Assembly (NCBI GenBank): GCA_051530055.1
Contig: CM121341.1
Coordinates: 2,407,561-2,471,560, forward strand
Direction: 5' to 3'
Source: Neoechinorhynchus agilis
Lineage: Eukaryota > Animalia > Acanthocephala
DNA length: 64,000 nucleotides
Shown piece by piece: positions 14,568-26,959 of the stretch. The stretch's first letter is position 1. Every line of letters begins with the position of its first letter. Both the position numbers and the translations under genes were made by a program. The notes under the pieces were generated by a model, which did no database searches, was not told the origin of the DNA, and saw nothing but the letters and a program-made list of their open reading frames with translations.

Positions 14568-15112
14568 CTAGTCCTTATCGTCGTCTTCATCTTCGTCTTC
14601 GTCCTGATCAAGATTAAAGTATCTAACCTCATACGAACTCTTTCCATTAGCTAACACCCTGAGCCAGTTCCGTAGTCCAACACTGGCTAAATATTTTCTG
14701 GTCAAGTACTTGAGATACCTTTTTGGGATCTCAACATCGGCGGTTACAGTGACCACGGGACCGTCAGTGATAATATTGACAGTTCCATTGAGTTTGCGGG
14801 TCTTTGCATTGGACTTGATTTTGTCGAGCATAAATCGTTCCTTTTTAAATAGCGAAGTAATATACGAATGAGAAGCATCGGAAATGACTTACAAGTCCAG
14901 TTGCTGTTATAATTCCATCTTCGACGGGGCGAGTGCAATCGACTGTGTACTTCACTGAGACTTTCTTCTTTTTCTTCTTTAAATCAACAGGATTTATACC
15001 TAGCGATTTAAGACGAGCAAGCTTTTTTTGCTGTTGAGGACGCTTTGAAATCTGAATGACTACAAAATAGAGAGCATTACAGACGGAAAAATGGCCTTAC
15101 CGCGATGGGCAT
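14568..15112 (-). CDS. RPL22: 60S ribosomal protein L22, 3 exons (introns ~15052-15100 and 14841-14892)
   Basis: Spliced reading MPIA|ISKRPQ...KKVSVKYTVDCTRPVEDGI...|ERFMLDKIK...KRYLKYLTRKYL...LRNWLRVLA...YEVRYFN plus an acidic tail. GT-AG introns of 49 and 52 nt. Minus-strand AATAAA at ~14535. Confidence 0.93.
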
Positions 15113-15669
15113 CTCAGAAGTTAAGATTAGAGCGAAAGGGAACGCAACAACGACAAAGTTTTAGGAATGGTACGAAAGAATTCAACGACGTACTTCGTCA
15201 ATGATTTTGCTTATTCCTTTTATTGGAAGGAGTTCGGTTTTTTGTAAGTTTTGTAGTCGTTTGATTCTCAGACAGAACTGTGGAGCAATGTTTTGATAAC
15301 TATAATTTTAACGTTTTGGTTAAATTTTACGCGTACACTTTTGTAACTCTTTTTTTTCGATTGAAAACTTAAAAAATTCCGTCCGTGTTTGTTTGAGGTT
15401 GCATTTTTCTTTACTGATTTTCATATCCGTAATTTAGTTGCTTTTTTACACCAATTTGGCGAAAAAGCAATTTATAACGTCCTACAAATCTTTAACGGTC
15501 GTTCTATTGCTTTTCCAACTAGAGAATCAATCGAATTTTTTCAATTGAAGTTTCTAGTTTGTCTCTTGCACTTTTTTAGTTTCGTTAAAGCTTTGCCATT
15601 TTCCGAATGGGATTAAGCGAAATATTAAAAGATTAAATTGTTCATGTTTGTATATAGCGGAAAATTGGA

Positions 15670-16735
15670 GTAATTTATTGATTCCGATATTTCAGAAACA
15701 CAATCTCATGATTTTATAAAGGTTGCTTGTAAGTTTTCTAGAGCTTAAATAGTACAAAACTTACAAGTAACCTTCAATGGCACAAGATTGTTCTTCTGAA
15801 ATCAATCGGATTCAATAAATTGCTTACAATCTTCCGCCGTCTAAAAAATGGACGATTCAATGTTCAAACAGTAATTTATTGATTCCGATATTTCAGAAAC
15901 ACAATCTCATGATTTTATAAAGGTTGCTTGTAAGTTTTCTAGAGCTTAAATAGTACAAAACTTACAAGTAACCTTCATTGGCACAAGATTGTTCTTCTGA
16001 AATCAATCGGATTCAATAAATTGCTTACAATCATCAGCCATTAAAAAAATGGGCGATTCAATGTTCAAACAGTAATTTATTGATTCCGATATTTCAGAAA
16101 CACAATCTCATGATTTTCTAAAGGCTGCTTGTAAGTTTTCTGGAGCTTAAATAGTACAAAACTTACAAGCAACTTTTATTGGCACAAGACTGTTCTTCTG
16201 AAATCAATCGGATTCAATAAATTGCTTACAATCTTCCGCCGTCTAAAAAACATGAACAATTCAATGCTCAAATCGTAATTTATTGATTTCGATATTTTAG
16301 AAACACAATCTCATGATTTTCTAAAGGCTGCTTGTAAGTTTTCTGGAGCTTAAATAGTACAAAACTTGCAAATAACCTTCATTGGCACAATATTGTTCTT
16401 CTGAAATCAATCGGATTCAATAAATTGCTTACAATCTTCCGCCATATAAAAAATGGGCGATTCAATGCTCAAACCGTAATTTATTGATTCCGATATTTTA
16501 GAAGCACAATCTCATGATTTTATAAAGGCTGCTTGTTAGTTTTCTAGAGCTTAAGTAGTACAAAACTTACAAGCAACTTTTATTGGCACAAGATTGTTCT
16601 TCTGAAATCAATCGGATTCAATAAATTGCTTACAATCTTCCGCCGTCCAAAAAAACATGAACAATTCAATGTTCAAATCGTAATTTATTGATTCCGATAT
16701 TTTAGAAACACAATGTTATGAAAAAAGAACTGTTC
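15670..16735. repeat. Tandem array of ~201-bp fold-back (hairpin) units, ~5.3 copies
   Basis: GTAATTTATTGATTCCGATATT recurs at ~15670, 15871, 16072, 16275, 16476, 16680. Within each unit AAGGTTGCTTGTAAGTTTT pairs with AAAACTTACAAGTAACCTT, and the outer arms also pair. Confidence 0.9.
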
Positions 16736-17016
16736 AAATTCGTTGATTTTATTGAACGCCTCGGTCTCCTTAATTTTAAATTGCAGTAAAGTGATCAATG
16801 CCAAAAACATTTTGCTGAGAAAAAAATACGAAAATTTCATTACTAAAGCAAATGGAATTATCAAAATTTCGAATCAGTTTATTACTAGAATCCTAGAAGT
16901 TATTGATATTATAATGGCGATTCTTGACCTTTAAACGAATCCTCCGAGCACTTTGTTCTATCAAAATTTGATTCGTCATAGTTTGCTCATTTTAAAGATT
17001 TTTTCCGAATATCTAG

Positions 17017-19311
17017 ATGTGGTCCTTTTTCGCTAAAGTCCGAAATTGGATAACTGACTATGAACCTTACCTACCAGCAAAGGATGTTTCAGCTTTGGAT
17101 CACAATAACGACGATTTCGACGATCTTATACTCCAGTCATCTGATTCGTTTCATCCCATATCAAATTGGTCTTATTCTGTGTTAAAGAACAAAAAGACAA
17201 ATAAGTATCACACTCACCAGCGATGTATAAAAACCACTCCAGAAAACAGACAAAGTTTAGCTCGGCTCAAAACTTTGCGTCATCCCGGCTTAGCAAGTTG
17301 GCTAGATGGTACAGGAGACGAAATTAATTCAGAAATGAGCATACAAATAGCGGTCTCTTGACTTTTGAAACAAGAATCAAGAATCCGCCTTGTAATTCTA
17401 AATGAACTCATAGTGCCCGTTTCAATCTATGGCCGACATGCGTTTGAACATCAAACGGGCAGTCGTCTCCATGAGCTGTGGTATGGAATTCGAAATATTA
17501 CCGAAGCATTGCTTTTCCTTCATACCGAAGCCAAGCTTATACACTGCCGAGTTTGTGCTGAAAGTGTGTTCGTCAGTCTATATCCCCGATATGGATGGAA
17601 ATTGTGTGAATTGGATTCCGTGAGATCGATTGATGACACGCAATCACTAAGTTTACATCCTTATCCTCCACCCGACTCGAATGTAAGTCCAGCAATGGAC
17701 AGTTGGGGTCTTGGTTGTCTTATATGGCAATTGTTCAATGTTAAACAACAAAATGCAGACTTCAGTCAGTGCGAAATGATAAAACCTAATGAACTATGCA
17801 ATCGACTTTATAAGAAGCTGATGATAAGAACAATGGATCGTCGCTTAAAAATCAAAGATGCATTTGATATTGTTGATGAGTTCGTTAGTCAAACACCATT
17901 TGCTCGCGTTCTTAATTTCTTAAACTCACAAATATATACAGTTGCGGATAATAATGAGCGACAACGTCTTTTGACCGGAACAGCGAGATTCTTTGACGAT
18001 CTACACGACCAAGCTTTGAGATACGGTGTAGTGCCTGCACTTGCATCTCTCTTGCGCACAGACAGTTTTGATCAAACGAGTTTTTCTTACATTTTCGAAC
18101 TGTCAACCGTTTTTTGCGTCTAAGTTGTCCGATAAGAAAATAAATTTTAAAATCTATGAAAGGTAAAACCAAATTTTGTTTCCTAACACAAATTCCGATT
18201 TTCTCACCTCAAAACTGTCTTTTAAGGCTTCAAGTGGGCACTGGGCTTGAATCAGCGTTGATCCCTTTTCTGATACCCATGTCGACTCGACTTTTATCTT
18301 CACGGAGATTCAAAGAGATGGTCCTTCCGGAGATAATCGAGATGTACACTCAAACTGTCGACCGTGCGATTCGTCTCCAACTACTCGCACATTTACCCCT
18401 TTACGAGAAACATCTATCATCTCAGGTAATAAATGATCAGTTATTCACTGCGATCCTCCGAGGCCTCCTCGATACTCATTCAGCCATTCGAGAAGCTACA
18501 CTTAGAGCTTTTATACGGTACTGAGTGTGTGTCTAGATGTCCTTCCTATGCACACTCTTTGCCTAATAATGTTCTCAGTGATCGATTAAACGATAAAAAT
18601 CTTAATAATGAATTAGTCCGATCCTTAGCTCGAATTCAAAGAAGCGATCCAAACGACTGTGTCCGGACAAATACAACAATACTTTTAAGTATACTTGCTC
18701 GACGGCTGGACCCCCAGAACCGTCCAGAACTAATGTTCGGCGCGTTTTCACGGCCTTTTCACGAAGATCCATTTATCCCAGCTCGTTTGGCGGCTTTATC
18801 CGCTTTTCAGGATAATCTTGCTCTTTTCCCAGTTGAGTATCGAGCAAAGCGAATAGTACCTTGTGTATCGAGTCTTCTAATAGACGCGAATATCGAACTA
18901 AGAGAAAAAGCGTTTAGCTTAGTGAAATCGATTATTGACGAATTGGAAAGTTTGTCAAAGGGTCGGCGTTCGTTGGAACAATTGGAAAGTGAAGTTACAA
19001 AATGCGATAAAGGCCAAATGGGGCACAAAAGCAATTCAGGGGTTTGGTCGGATTATCTCAGTGTATTTAGCAGATTGGTACCCCAGAGTCGCACACCGAG
19101 TGATGTGGTGAAAGAGACCGAAAAAGTAGAAGTCTTTAAGTCGAAACCAATTGAAGAGAATCTAAAAAGGGAAAATTCTAAGGATTTTGTTGTAGTAACG
19201 GACGTAACTTTGCAGCAATCAGAAAAAAAGTCGAAAGAGTCGTTGATGCCAAAACGAAGACCAATGAAATTGAAAGCACAGCGAGTAAAAGAATCCGACT
19301 CACTATTTTAA
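17017..19311 (+). CDS. SCYL1: SCY1-like pseudokinase with HEAT repeats, multi-exon (exon boundaries approximate)
   Basis: LKTLRHPG, DSWGLGCLIWQLF, DRAIRLQLL, REATLRAF, RTNTTILL and DPFIPARLAAL...LLIDANIELREKAF across ORFs 17017, 17365, 18156 and 18433. Short GT-AG introns are plausible near 17309-17374, 18165-18227 and 18518-18577. Confidence 0.85.
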
Positions 19312-19632
19312 TCCATTTTTTTGTCTTAGATGAATAATAATCACTCGGGGATGGGTTGTGCGAGCTCTGAACTGGTTGTTTAAGGGGCGACAAGAAGCCT
19401 TTTAAACTCTAAGGATTTTAAACACCTAACACACACACACTAAAAAGCAAGAAACTTATCATGGATGTTTTTAGTGTTTCAGCGATAATTGCATCGTGCA
19501 CTATTTAACTATAGTAAAAATCGCAGTTTTCACGTTGTTACTCAAATTTACGGCACCGAACAATGAATATTTTGTCACTTTCGTTTCACATCTCTAATTT
19601 CCTTATAATGAGATTCTAGACACGTAATAATA

Positions 19633-20793
19633 ATGGACGAAAAACAATCCCGTTCAGTGTTCGTGGGGAATATTCCACATGGAACTACAGAAGATCAAAT
19701 GCGCGACGTTTTTTCAGTTGTAGGTCCGGTGGTAAGTTTTCGGATTGTTTATGACCGGGAGACGGGGAATCCAAAAGGATATGGATTTGCGGAATACCAA
19801 GATGCTCAAACAGCCCAATCAGCAATGCGCAACCTTAATGGATTTGAATTTAACGGTAGGAGTCTACGTGTGGATAAGGCTTCAAGTCAGGCAGATGAAC
19901 TTCGATTGATGCATCAACAGTCAGGAGGACCACCGGCTGAACATGTGTACGGAGATGCTTTATCTTTGGATGAAACTCCTGAAGCAATAAGTCGAATAGT
20001 CTCTGGACTACCACCGGAACAAATGTTTGAGTTGATGAAACAAGTGAAAGAGTGCGTAACGCGGAATCCAGTTCAAGCCAGAATGATGCTCCTTCAAAAT
20101 CCCCAACTCGCCTACGCTATTCTACAAGCTCAAGTCGTAATGAGAATCATTGATCCTCAAATGGCTGTTTCACTTCTTTATCAACCTCCTTTGGATGATG
20201 GTGGCGAACCGAATAATCAGACAGGCCCGCCGGCTCCTTTAGTTGCACCCGCAGGAGCTAAAGATGCATCGAGTACAATGGCTGCTATGGCTGCAGCCGC
20301 TGCTGCTGCAGCTGCAGCTGCTGGATTTGTTAATACTGCCGGCAATACTAATCCACATGATAGTGTTCAACCGCCCGGTGCCAGTAATCTAATGGCATCA
20401 TCATCATCATCGAATACTGGTGTTTCGGGTGAATCTCCACAAGGCGTTTCAGCGGTTAAATCTTCAGCAGCTGCAATGGCTGCCGCTTTAGGAGCATGCC
20501 CCCCCGTTCAGCCACCATTCAATCCAAATCAGCAAATGAACTTTTCTAATCCTTGTATTAATCAATCAATCCAAAACCCACCACATCTTCTTCCTTTTCC
20601 TCAATCGAATATGGACGATCCAAACGAAATCATGATGAGATATGTTAATATGAATGATCAGGAGTTGTCAAAACTTCCTCAAGCTCAAAGAGAAGCTGTT
20701 GGATTGTTGAGGGAACAAATCGGCGGAAGGCGACCAATGCCACATACAACGATGCCGACATCCAATCATGGATATGGCGGACGTCGAATGTAA
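19633..20793 (+). CDS. CSTF2: Cleavage stimulation factor 64-kDa subunit (RRM + hinge + C-terminal helix), intronless
   Basis: RSVFVGNIP...FRIVYDRETGNPKGYGFAEYQD...SAMRNLNG (RRM). PEAISRIVSGLPPEQMFELMKQ...ARMMLLQNPQLAYAILQAQ (hinge). Confidence 0.96.
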   Translation: MDEKQSRSVFVGNIPHGTTEDQMRDVFSVVGPVVSFRIVYDRETGNPKGYGFAEYQDAQTAQSAMRNLNGFEFNGRSLRVDKASSQADELRLMHQQSGGPPAEHVYGDALSLDETPEAISRIVSGLPPEQMFELMKQVKECVTRNPVQARMMLLQNPQLAYAILQAQVVMRIIDPQMAVSLLYQPPLDDGGEPNNQTGPPAPLVAPAGAKDASSTMAAMAAAAAAAAAAAGFVNTAGNTNPHDSVQPPGASNLMASSSSSNTGVSGESPQGVSAVKSSAAAMAAALGACPPVQPPFNPNQQMNFSNPCINQSIQNPPHLLPFPQSNMDDPNEIMMRYVNMNDQELSKLPQAQREAVGLLREQIGGRRPMPHTTMPTSNHGYGGRRM

Positions 20794-20886
20794 GTTGCCG
20801 AAAAGAGAAAATATACTGATTAGGTGGTTAATGTTGATCCATGCGACACATTCATTAGGTTCACTGCTTGGTTCAACTGTTTTCTA

Positions 20887-21080
20887 GAATGAACACTTGG
20901 ACGGGCTGTTGTAGTGATAAAGAATAATTTTGTGACAGTAGTAACGATCAGAAATAAAACTTGATCAATTATGCGGCTGGAAAATCAAGTACTATTTCAC
21001 AAGTACAAATCGATCTTTAATACTGTCACAAAAATTAAGATTTTCTTTGTCATTACAACAGCTCGTCCAAGTATTCATTT
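20887..21080. repeat. Fold-back (MITE-like) element with long imperfect arms
   Basis: GAATGAACACTTGGACGGGCTGTTGTAGTGATAAAGA...TTTTGTGACAGTA pairs with TACTGTCACAAAAAT...TCTTTGTCATTACAACAGCTCGTCCAAGTATTCATT. Confidence 0.75.
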
Positions 21081-21419
21081 AAAAACAAATCGTTTTTCCT
21101 ACGGTCTGCCTCTGTAAATTTACAACCGTCCCAGGAATTCAAGACTATTTTTGTAGAGGTATATCCGGTGATATCAAATTTACCGAAAACTCGAGAAGTT
21201 CAATTGATCAACATTCCTTTCTTTTTTTTACACGAATGACAGAGAACAACAAATTTTTCTTATTTTCACTTATAACATTTTATCACGAAGTCTACCATTT
21301 CAACTTCTCAGCCCAATAGAACGCAAAAAAGGTCTATGTGTTTGATAAGCTTGTCAATGAAAGATGACGAGGCCGATGATAGCCAAGTGTTCCATAAAAA
21401 AATGTCCGGCTGCAGGTTG

Positions 21420-21880
21420 TCACATAGATTATCTCTCTTTTTCTGATGGCGTTACCGTATTCTCGTGGCGAGAAGGCAAATGTCTTCTTTGGGACGACAC
21501 GTTCGCGGCAAGTAACAGGAGGTTTGTGGTGCAGTCTCCAGGGGGAGCGGATACTGCCGCGGAGGACCGAAAATTGGCGAAATATAAAGAATTAAGTAGG
21601 TCTCACGTTTTTGTACCCTTTGAAGTGGAGACTCTTGGTGCGCTCAGTAGCTCGGCACTTAGATTTACGAAGGAGTTATCGAGTAGACTCCAGGCCAAGA
21701 GAGGAAATACAAGAGCTGGTGCCTTCCTACGCCAAAACATTGGTCTCGCGATCCAAAGAGGAAACGCGGGGAGCGTGGTCGTGACCACTGAGGGGAGTGC
21801 AATGCCTCTTCTTCGTGGACGGTGGTGATTGTTTAAACGTTTTGTTGTTGTATGTGTAAATGAAAAATATTTGTTAAAAA
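21420..21880 (+). mobile_element. 3' fragment of a CRE-like (RLE-type) non-LTR retrotransposon
   Basis: DGVTVFSWREGKCLLWD...AEDRKLAKY...FVPFEVETLG...FLRQNIGLAIQRGNA is the typical C-terminal restriction-like endonuclease region. Confidence 0.8.
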
Positions 21881-22170
21881 GTCTAATGCGAGTTATTCAA
21901 GAAATTGCAGCAGAATTTCTGGTGAAGGTCGTCTGCCTCTGAAATAGAAAAATAGACCAGGATTTGGATTCGGTCAAATCAGAGTCTGTTAGCTCCAGCT
22001 TCTTCAATTTATTCAGATCGGCATAGTCTGCTATTCAGCCCAATAAAACGCCAAAAAGGTCTATGTGTTTGATGAGCTTGTCAATGGGGCATTTTAAACC
22101 AAAAATATCAATCGACACACACAAATATTACGATTATTGCATCCAATTGTTGTTTCGAGTGGATGTGTAT

Positions 22171-22390
22171 TCTCAATGGCGAATTGTAACACACTCGAGT
22201 TTTATTATTGAACTCTTCATTGCGAATTTTCAAGGCCTCAGCCTCCTTCTCAAGCATCTAAAAATCGATGTGGTGGGGGGTACCTAAGTTGGTAGCCTTG
22301 ACTCGGGTGCGCGGGACCGTCGATTCCCGAGGTGATGTTTCACATGAAGAGTTCAATAAAACTCGAGTGTGTTAAAATTCGCCATTGAGA
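22171..22390. mobile_element. Short element with ~47-bp terminal inverted repeats and a tRNA-like internal segment
   Basis: TCTCAATGGCGAATTGTAACACACTCGAGTTTT..TTGAACTCTTCAT pairs with ATGAAGAGTTCAATAAAACTCGAGTGTGTTAAAATTCGCCATTGAGA. Confidence 0.7.
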
Positions 22391-22885
22391 ATTACGATTA
22401 TTACGCAATCTAAAGAAAGTCCTTCACTCGATCTTGTCCGCATTCGGATTAAAAACGACAGAAAATTCGTTTTCTATGACGTCACTCATTATTCGCGAAA
22501 TACCTTTTTGTCAATCACAATGTGGTGGACACAAGCAGTTTTATTCAACTTGAAAAATAACGGTATGCGTGAATGCGTGCGTGCGAGCGGATTAGTAAGC
22601 GGCTGAATTATGGCGACGAAGAATTAGTCGCGTATAATTATCACGTCACACATAAAGAATGTCTTTCGGAATGGTAAATGTTGAATGGTGGTAAAAATAA
22701 ACAATGACCCAGATGAGGCGAGGTTTCCCTTTTCGAAATATTTCATAATAATAAAGGAATTCGATCCAGTTTTTCCTTCGAGGGGTTCAGTTCATTTTCG
22801 CTATATACTTCGGGTTTTTCCCTCCTCGAGATTTATTTACATTTGACGATAGGGGAGATAAATGAAACTAAGAATTTATTGATTT

Positions 22886-22919
22886 GATATTTCGATCCAC
22901 TATTTCGTATCTTCTTCAG
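22886..22919 (-). ncRNA. Inverted copy of the Penelope hammerhead-like motif
   Basis: Reverse complement reads CTGAAGA-A-GATAC-gaaatagt-GGATC-GAAA-TATC. Confidence 0.5.
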
Positions 22920-25239
22920 TGATCTAAAACACACACAAGGATTCTCAATTCACGCGTCACATTACATCCGGCGGGAGTCGCATCCTTAATTTGAAATCAG
23001 GTTTATTGCCCTCGAACGTTTCGAACCTATTTATAAGGATTCTATGATAATGCGTTTGAAACGCCGACCATTGCAAACTAGTGTTGTAGCGGCACTAAAA
23101 TCAATAGTGTGCCCTGTGTTTTTTGCATGGGCCACCACCGCGGAACTAATATCCGTGTTGAGCAGTCGAAAGGGCATGATGTTCAATCTCATGAATGGGA
23201 CAATCAGATCGATGTCTGGCAAGGTCAGAGAAACAAAGGCGAACTATTCAAGCTCCTTGAACGTCTTAAAGGGATTGGTCGATCAGGAGTTCTATCCATT
23301 ACTGCTATCGGCTATAACTGAACGAATAGAGATGGATCTATAGACGACACCTGAATGAAGTCGCGAATGTTACAAACAACCGACTCTTTGCCGCGCCAGA
23401 ACATACTGATTCTATCCGCAATATTTCAGGGGTGGTTTTGCCGAATGAAGTCCTGGAGCTGCTTAGCTATGGTTCAGATTTTGTTCCGTACAATGCACCG
23501 AGGAGAATCGACTATAGGATCAGGTTAGAGACGATCGCAATGAGAACGGAATGTGATAATCTAAATATCCCGATCTGGAAACTTGAGCGTTTCTATGAAT
23601 CTGTCTTCAAGAATCGTGGGGCGAATTCCAATGCATCACAAAGGATGTTAAGAGGGGTCAATATGCTCAAGTCGTTCACGCAGATAGTTCCAGTGAAGAT
23701 CGATAAAGGATATGGGTATTGTGTATTAAGTCAGCAACAGTATATAAGTGCAGGAGATGAAATCTTAAATGGAGTCGAATTCACAAGAATATCAAGATGC
23801 CCAACGAAAAAACAAGGCAAGCTTCCGGATGGGGATTATAAGATCCTTCGCTCAACCGATGCGAAAACGCCCAAAATGTATTTGCTTGCGAAAGTACATA
23901 AGGAGCCTATCAAATTCAGACCAATAATTGTGGCACACTCCACTTTCTGCACGAACATCTCAAGGAGAGTAGCTGGTATGTTGAGGAGCGCAATGGGATC
24001 TTCAGAGAGAGTGGTTTCCTCGGGAGCGGATTTCGTTTCAAGATTGAAATCGTCTTGGAATTCCCAGTATAGGATGCTGTCGGCAGATGTGATCTCCCTC
24101 TTCACCAAAATTCCCGTCGATGTGGCAATAGATCTCGCAGTTCCTCTCCTGTCTACGAACACTGAATGGAATTTAACTAATAGTGACTGGCGAAAGCTAT
24201 TGCAGTTTTGCACCAGATTCTGCAACTTCCAGTTCAACGGTATCGACTATGATCAAAAAGATGGAGTAGCCATGAGCAGCCCGTTAGCCCCTGTGCTTGC
24301 TGAGCTGTATATACGGCACTGGCAGGACGGGGTTAATATCTGGTTCAGATATGTGGACGACACGTTCCTGTTGATCGACCCTTCAGAGACTAATATGAAT
24401 CGCCTTAAACATGAACTGAAGGGACGACAATATTCATTGGGCGATCAAGGGGGAGGACCATGGTAAGTTTCCGTTCCTGGATGTGTGGATATACCGATTA
24501 GCCAGTGGAAACTCCACGACCATAGTGTACCGAAAGAGAGGTATACTAGTGGGCCTTGTGCCATGGACATCAGCCCAACCTCGCAAATACAAAATTTCGA
24601 GGATTAGGTCACTCATCCTCCGTGCTCTTACACATTGTAGCAACGCTAAGTTGTGTAACGAGGAGATTGGTTACCTAAAGTACATATCAGGTCGATATGG
24701 TTATCCTCTCCATCTTGTCGAACCTTCAATGGGGAGACAAAGTCAAAAAAAGGAAGAGATCTACGTTGAACTGTCGTTCCCTGATGATCATTCTTGCTAT
24801 GGAGCGCATCATAAAATCAGGATGTGAGGCCAAGAGAGTGGGACGCACTCTACACGGATTGATATGTCCCAAGAATGGCCAACAGTCATCTGGTGCGGTC
24901 TACAAAATTCCGTGCTCCGGTTGCGAACAGGTCTATGTGGGGCAGACCAACAATTTCACCCGACGGATGAAGGAGCACGAATCATCAGTTGTTCGCAACA
25001 CGGATACCAGTTCCGCAGTGGTGGCCCATGCAAAAAACACCGGGCACACTGTTGATTTTAGTGCCGCTACAACACTAGTTTGCAATGGTCGGCGTTTCGA
25101 ACGTATTATCATAGAATCCTTATAAATAGGTTCGAAACGTTCGAGGGCAATAAACCTGATTTCAAATTAAGGATGCGACTCCCGCCGGATGTTATGTGAC
25201 GCGTGAATTGAGAATCCCTGTTATATGTGTTTTAGATCA

Positions 25240-25273
25240 CTGAAGAAGATCCGAGAGAGTGGATCGAAATATC
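25240..25273 (+). ncRNA. Minimal hammerhead-ribozyme-like motif in the Penelope 3' terminus
   Basis: CTGAAGA-A-GATCC-gagagagt-GGATC-GAAA-TATC. Stem I pairing is poor. Confidence 0.55.
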
Positions 25274-25619
25274 CAATAAATTCTTAGTTTCATTTATTTT
25301 CTCCAATCAACAAATAACAATGAATTATCTTTTCAATATTACATTAATTTTATACCTGCTTAAAAGTGTAGTATCTCAAACCTTACAAATAAATCCCGAG
25401 GAGAGAAAAACTCGCCGTATAGCGAAAAAATAAAGGAACCTTAAACCGGGGTATTCACCACCATCCAATACCTCTTTTTTAAGATTGAATTGTTCATGTT
25501 TGTCTCTATGCCGATGAAAAATTAATTTCGAAGACCTTTTTGTAAGGATGACGACATAGCACCGAGAAAGAATCCATAAGTGATTAGAATGTAAAATAGA
25601 ACAAAATTTGGTGGTATTA

Positions 25620-26249
25620 ATGACGACAAAGATGACGTGTTTGTTGTTGTTGCTTGTGTCTATGAGTTTGTATTTCGAATTTGGAGGTTGTATTGGGTTC
25701 GATTTGGGGCATGGAACAACTCGGTGCTTAATTGGAATGTCTTCAAAAGGAGAAGTAGTAACGGGCAATTACGATATTGCTATGGTTCCTGGAGTACCGG
25801 TTTTGTTGAACATTGAGGACCAACGGAAACATTTGCTTTACAAGAAGGAAGCAGCAACAAAAGGCCGGTTTGCTTTCACGACCGACATTGATTCCGAGTT
25901 CAAAATCTGTTTTCAAAGTCTGTCAACGAATCGGGATAAACAATCACGTGTGGTAATCTTGGACGTTAAACAAGGCCTTGGTGCCAAGAAATATGATGAA
26001 TTGGCAAAAGCCGAGAATCTTAAACCACTTGAAATTGAAGTAACCAAATTAGACGACCTTTCCTATGATCTCCTCAATGATTTCTCACTGATGAGAGCAC
26101 GTGAAGACGAAATTAGGTATAGTAGCGAATCTATCAGCTCGAAGATCCTTTATTTCGGTCTCTTCTGTATGGTTTGCCTTTTATCGCTCGCTGTGTGGCA
26201 AGTTATGTACTTGAAGCGGTACTTTAAAGCCAAAAAACTCATTGAGTAA
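25620..26249 (+). CDS. TMED10: p24/emp24 family cargo receptor, delta subtype (TMED10-like), intronless
   Basis: Signal peptide, GOLD domain (GRFAFTTD..FKICF), YDELAKAENLKPLEIEV..L, MRAREDEIR..ES, TM helix and WQVMYLKRYFKAKKLIE tail. Confidence 0.93.
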   Translation: MTTKMTCLLLLLVSMSLYFEFGGCIGFDLGHGTTRCLIGMSSKGEVVTGNYDIAMVPGVPVLLNIEDQRKHLLYKKEAATKGRFAFTTDIDSEFKICFQSLSTNRDKQSRVVILDVKQGLGAKKYDELAKAENLKPLEIEVTKLDDLSYDLLNDFSLMRAREDEIRYSSESISSKILYFGLFCMVCLLSLAVWQVMYLKRYFKAKKLIE

Positions 26250-26959
26250 ACCAATCGATTGTTTTTACGTGCTCACTAAATAAACCTTTCGATGATTGGA
26301 CGGCCTTATTTTATGGAATCGGTAATTTTGATCGTAAATCTTTTTAAATTAAGAACATTTCATTTTCAAGTCAAGATCACGTCATGACATTTCGTCCATT
26401 TGATCTCGTTGACAGTCACCAATCGATGAATTTTTAAATTAATCGGATAATTGAACGTGATCGCAAAGTCCAATAGTTCTTTATTCCAAACCTAAAGTCG
26501 AACGTGTTTTCTCAAATAAAGCAATCGATTGAAAACCCCAAGAAACCACCGAGCTCGTGAAAACTCTTTTTGAAGTAAACATAAAATAAAACAAGCAATC
26601 AATTAAAAACAACGATCAGTATTGTTGTGCGCTCTATAGAAACAGAAATAAAAACTAAATGTTTTAAAAAATATGAGTCCAAGTTTCGGATGTTTTTACT
26701 TGGTCACTAATTTATTTCCGCTATTTCGTCGGATAATTCCGACGTTTACTCAAGGTTTGTCATTGTTAAAGTGTTTTATTCGCACTTATCCGAGAAGTGA
26801 AATCTTGGGCAAATAAATTAGTGAACTTAAATCCGGAATGATGACAAAATTAAGAAAAAGAAAGTATTTTCCCCGAAGGTAATAATCCAGGTTTAAGGCG
26901 TCAAAGCGGTATTTTCGACACGAGAAGTATATATGGAAAATTTATTCCTGTGAACTTTT

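Larger units (their letters stand above)
22853..25305 (+). mobile_element. Penelope-like element (RT + GIY-YIG), frameshifted, with an inverted 5' pLTR
   Basis: ORF 23432-24466: IDKGYG, YLLAKVHK..FRPI, SADVISLFTKIP, FCNFQFNG..YDQKDGVAMSSPLAPVLA, WFRYVDD. GIY-YIG region GAVYKIPCSGCEQVYVGQT..RMKEH. 22853-23160 is the reverse complement of ~24997-25305. Confidence 0.92.

Noticed and set aside
23044-23343. Plus-strand ORFs at the Penelope 5' end as separate genes
   Set aside because: They are antisense read-through of the inverted pLTR fused to RT N-terminal remnants.
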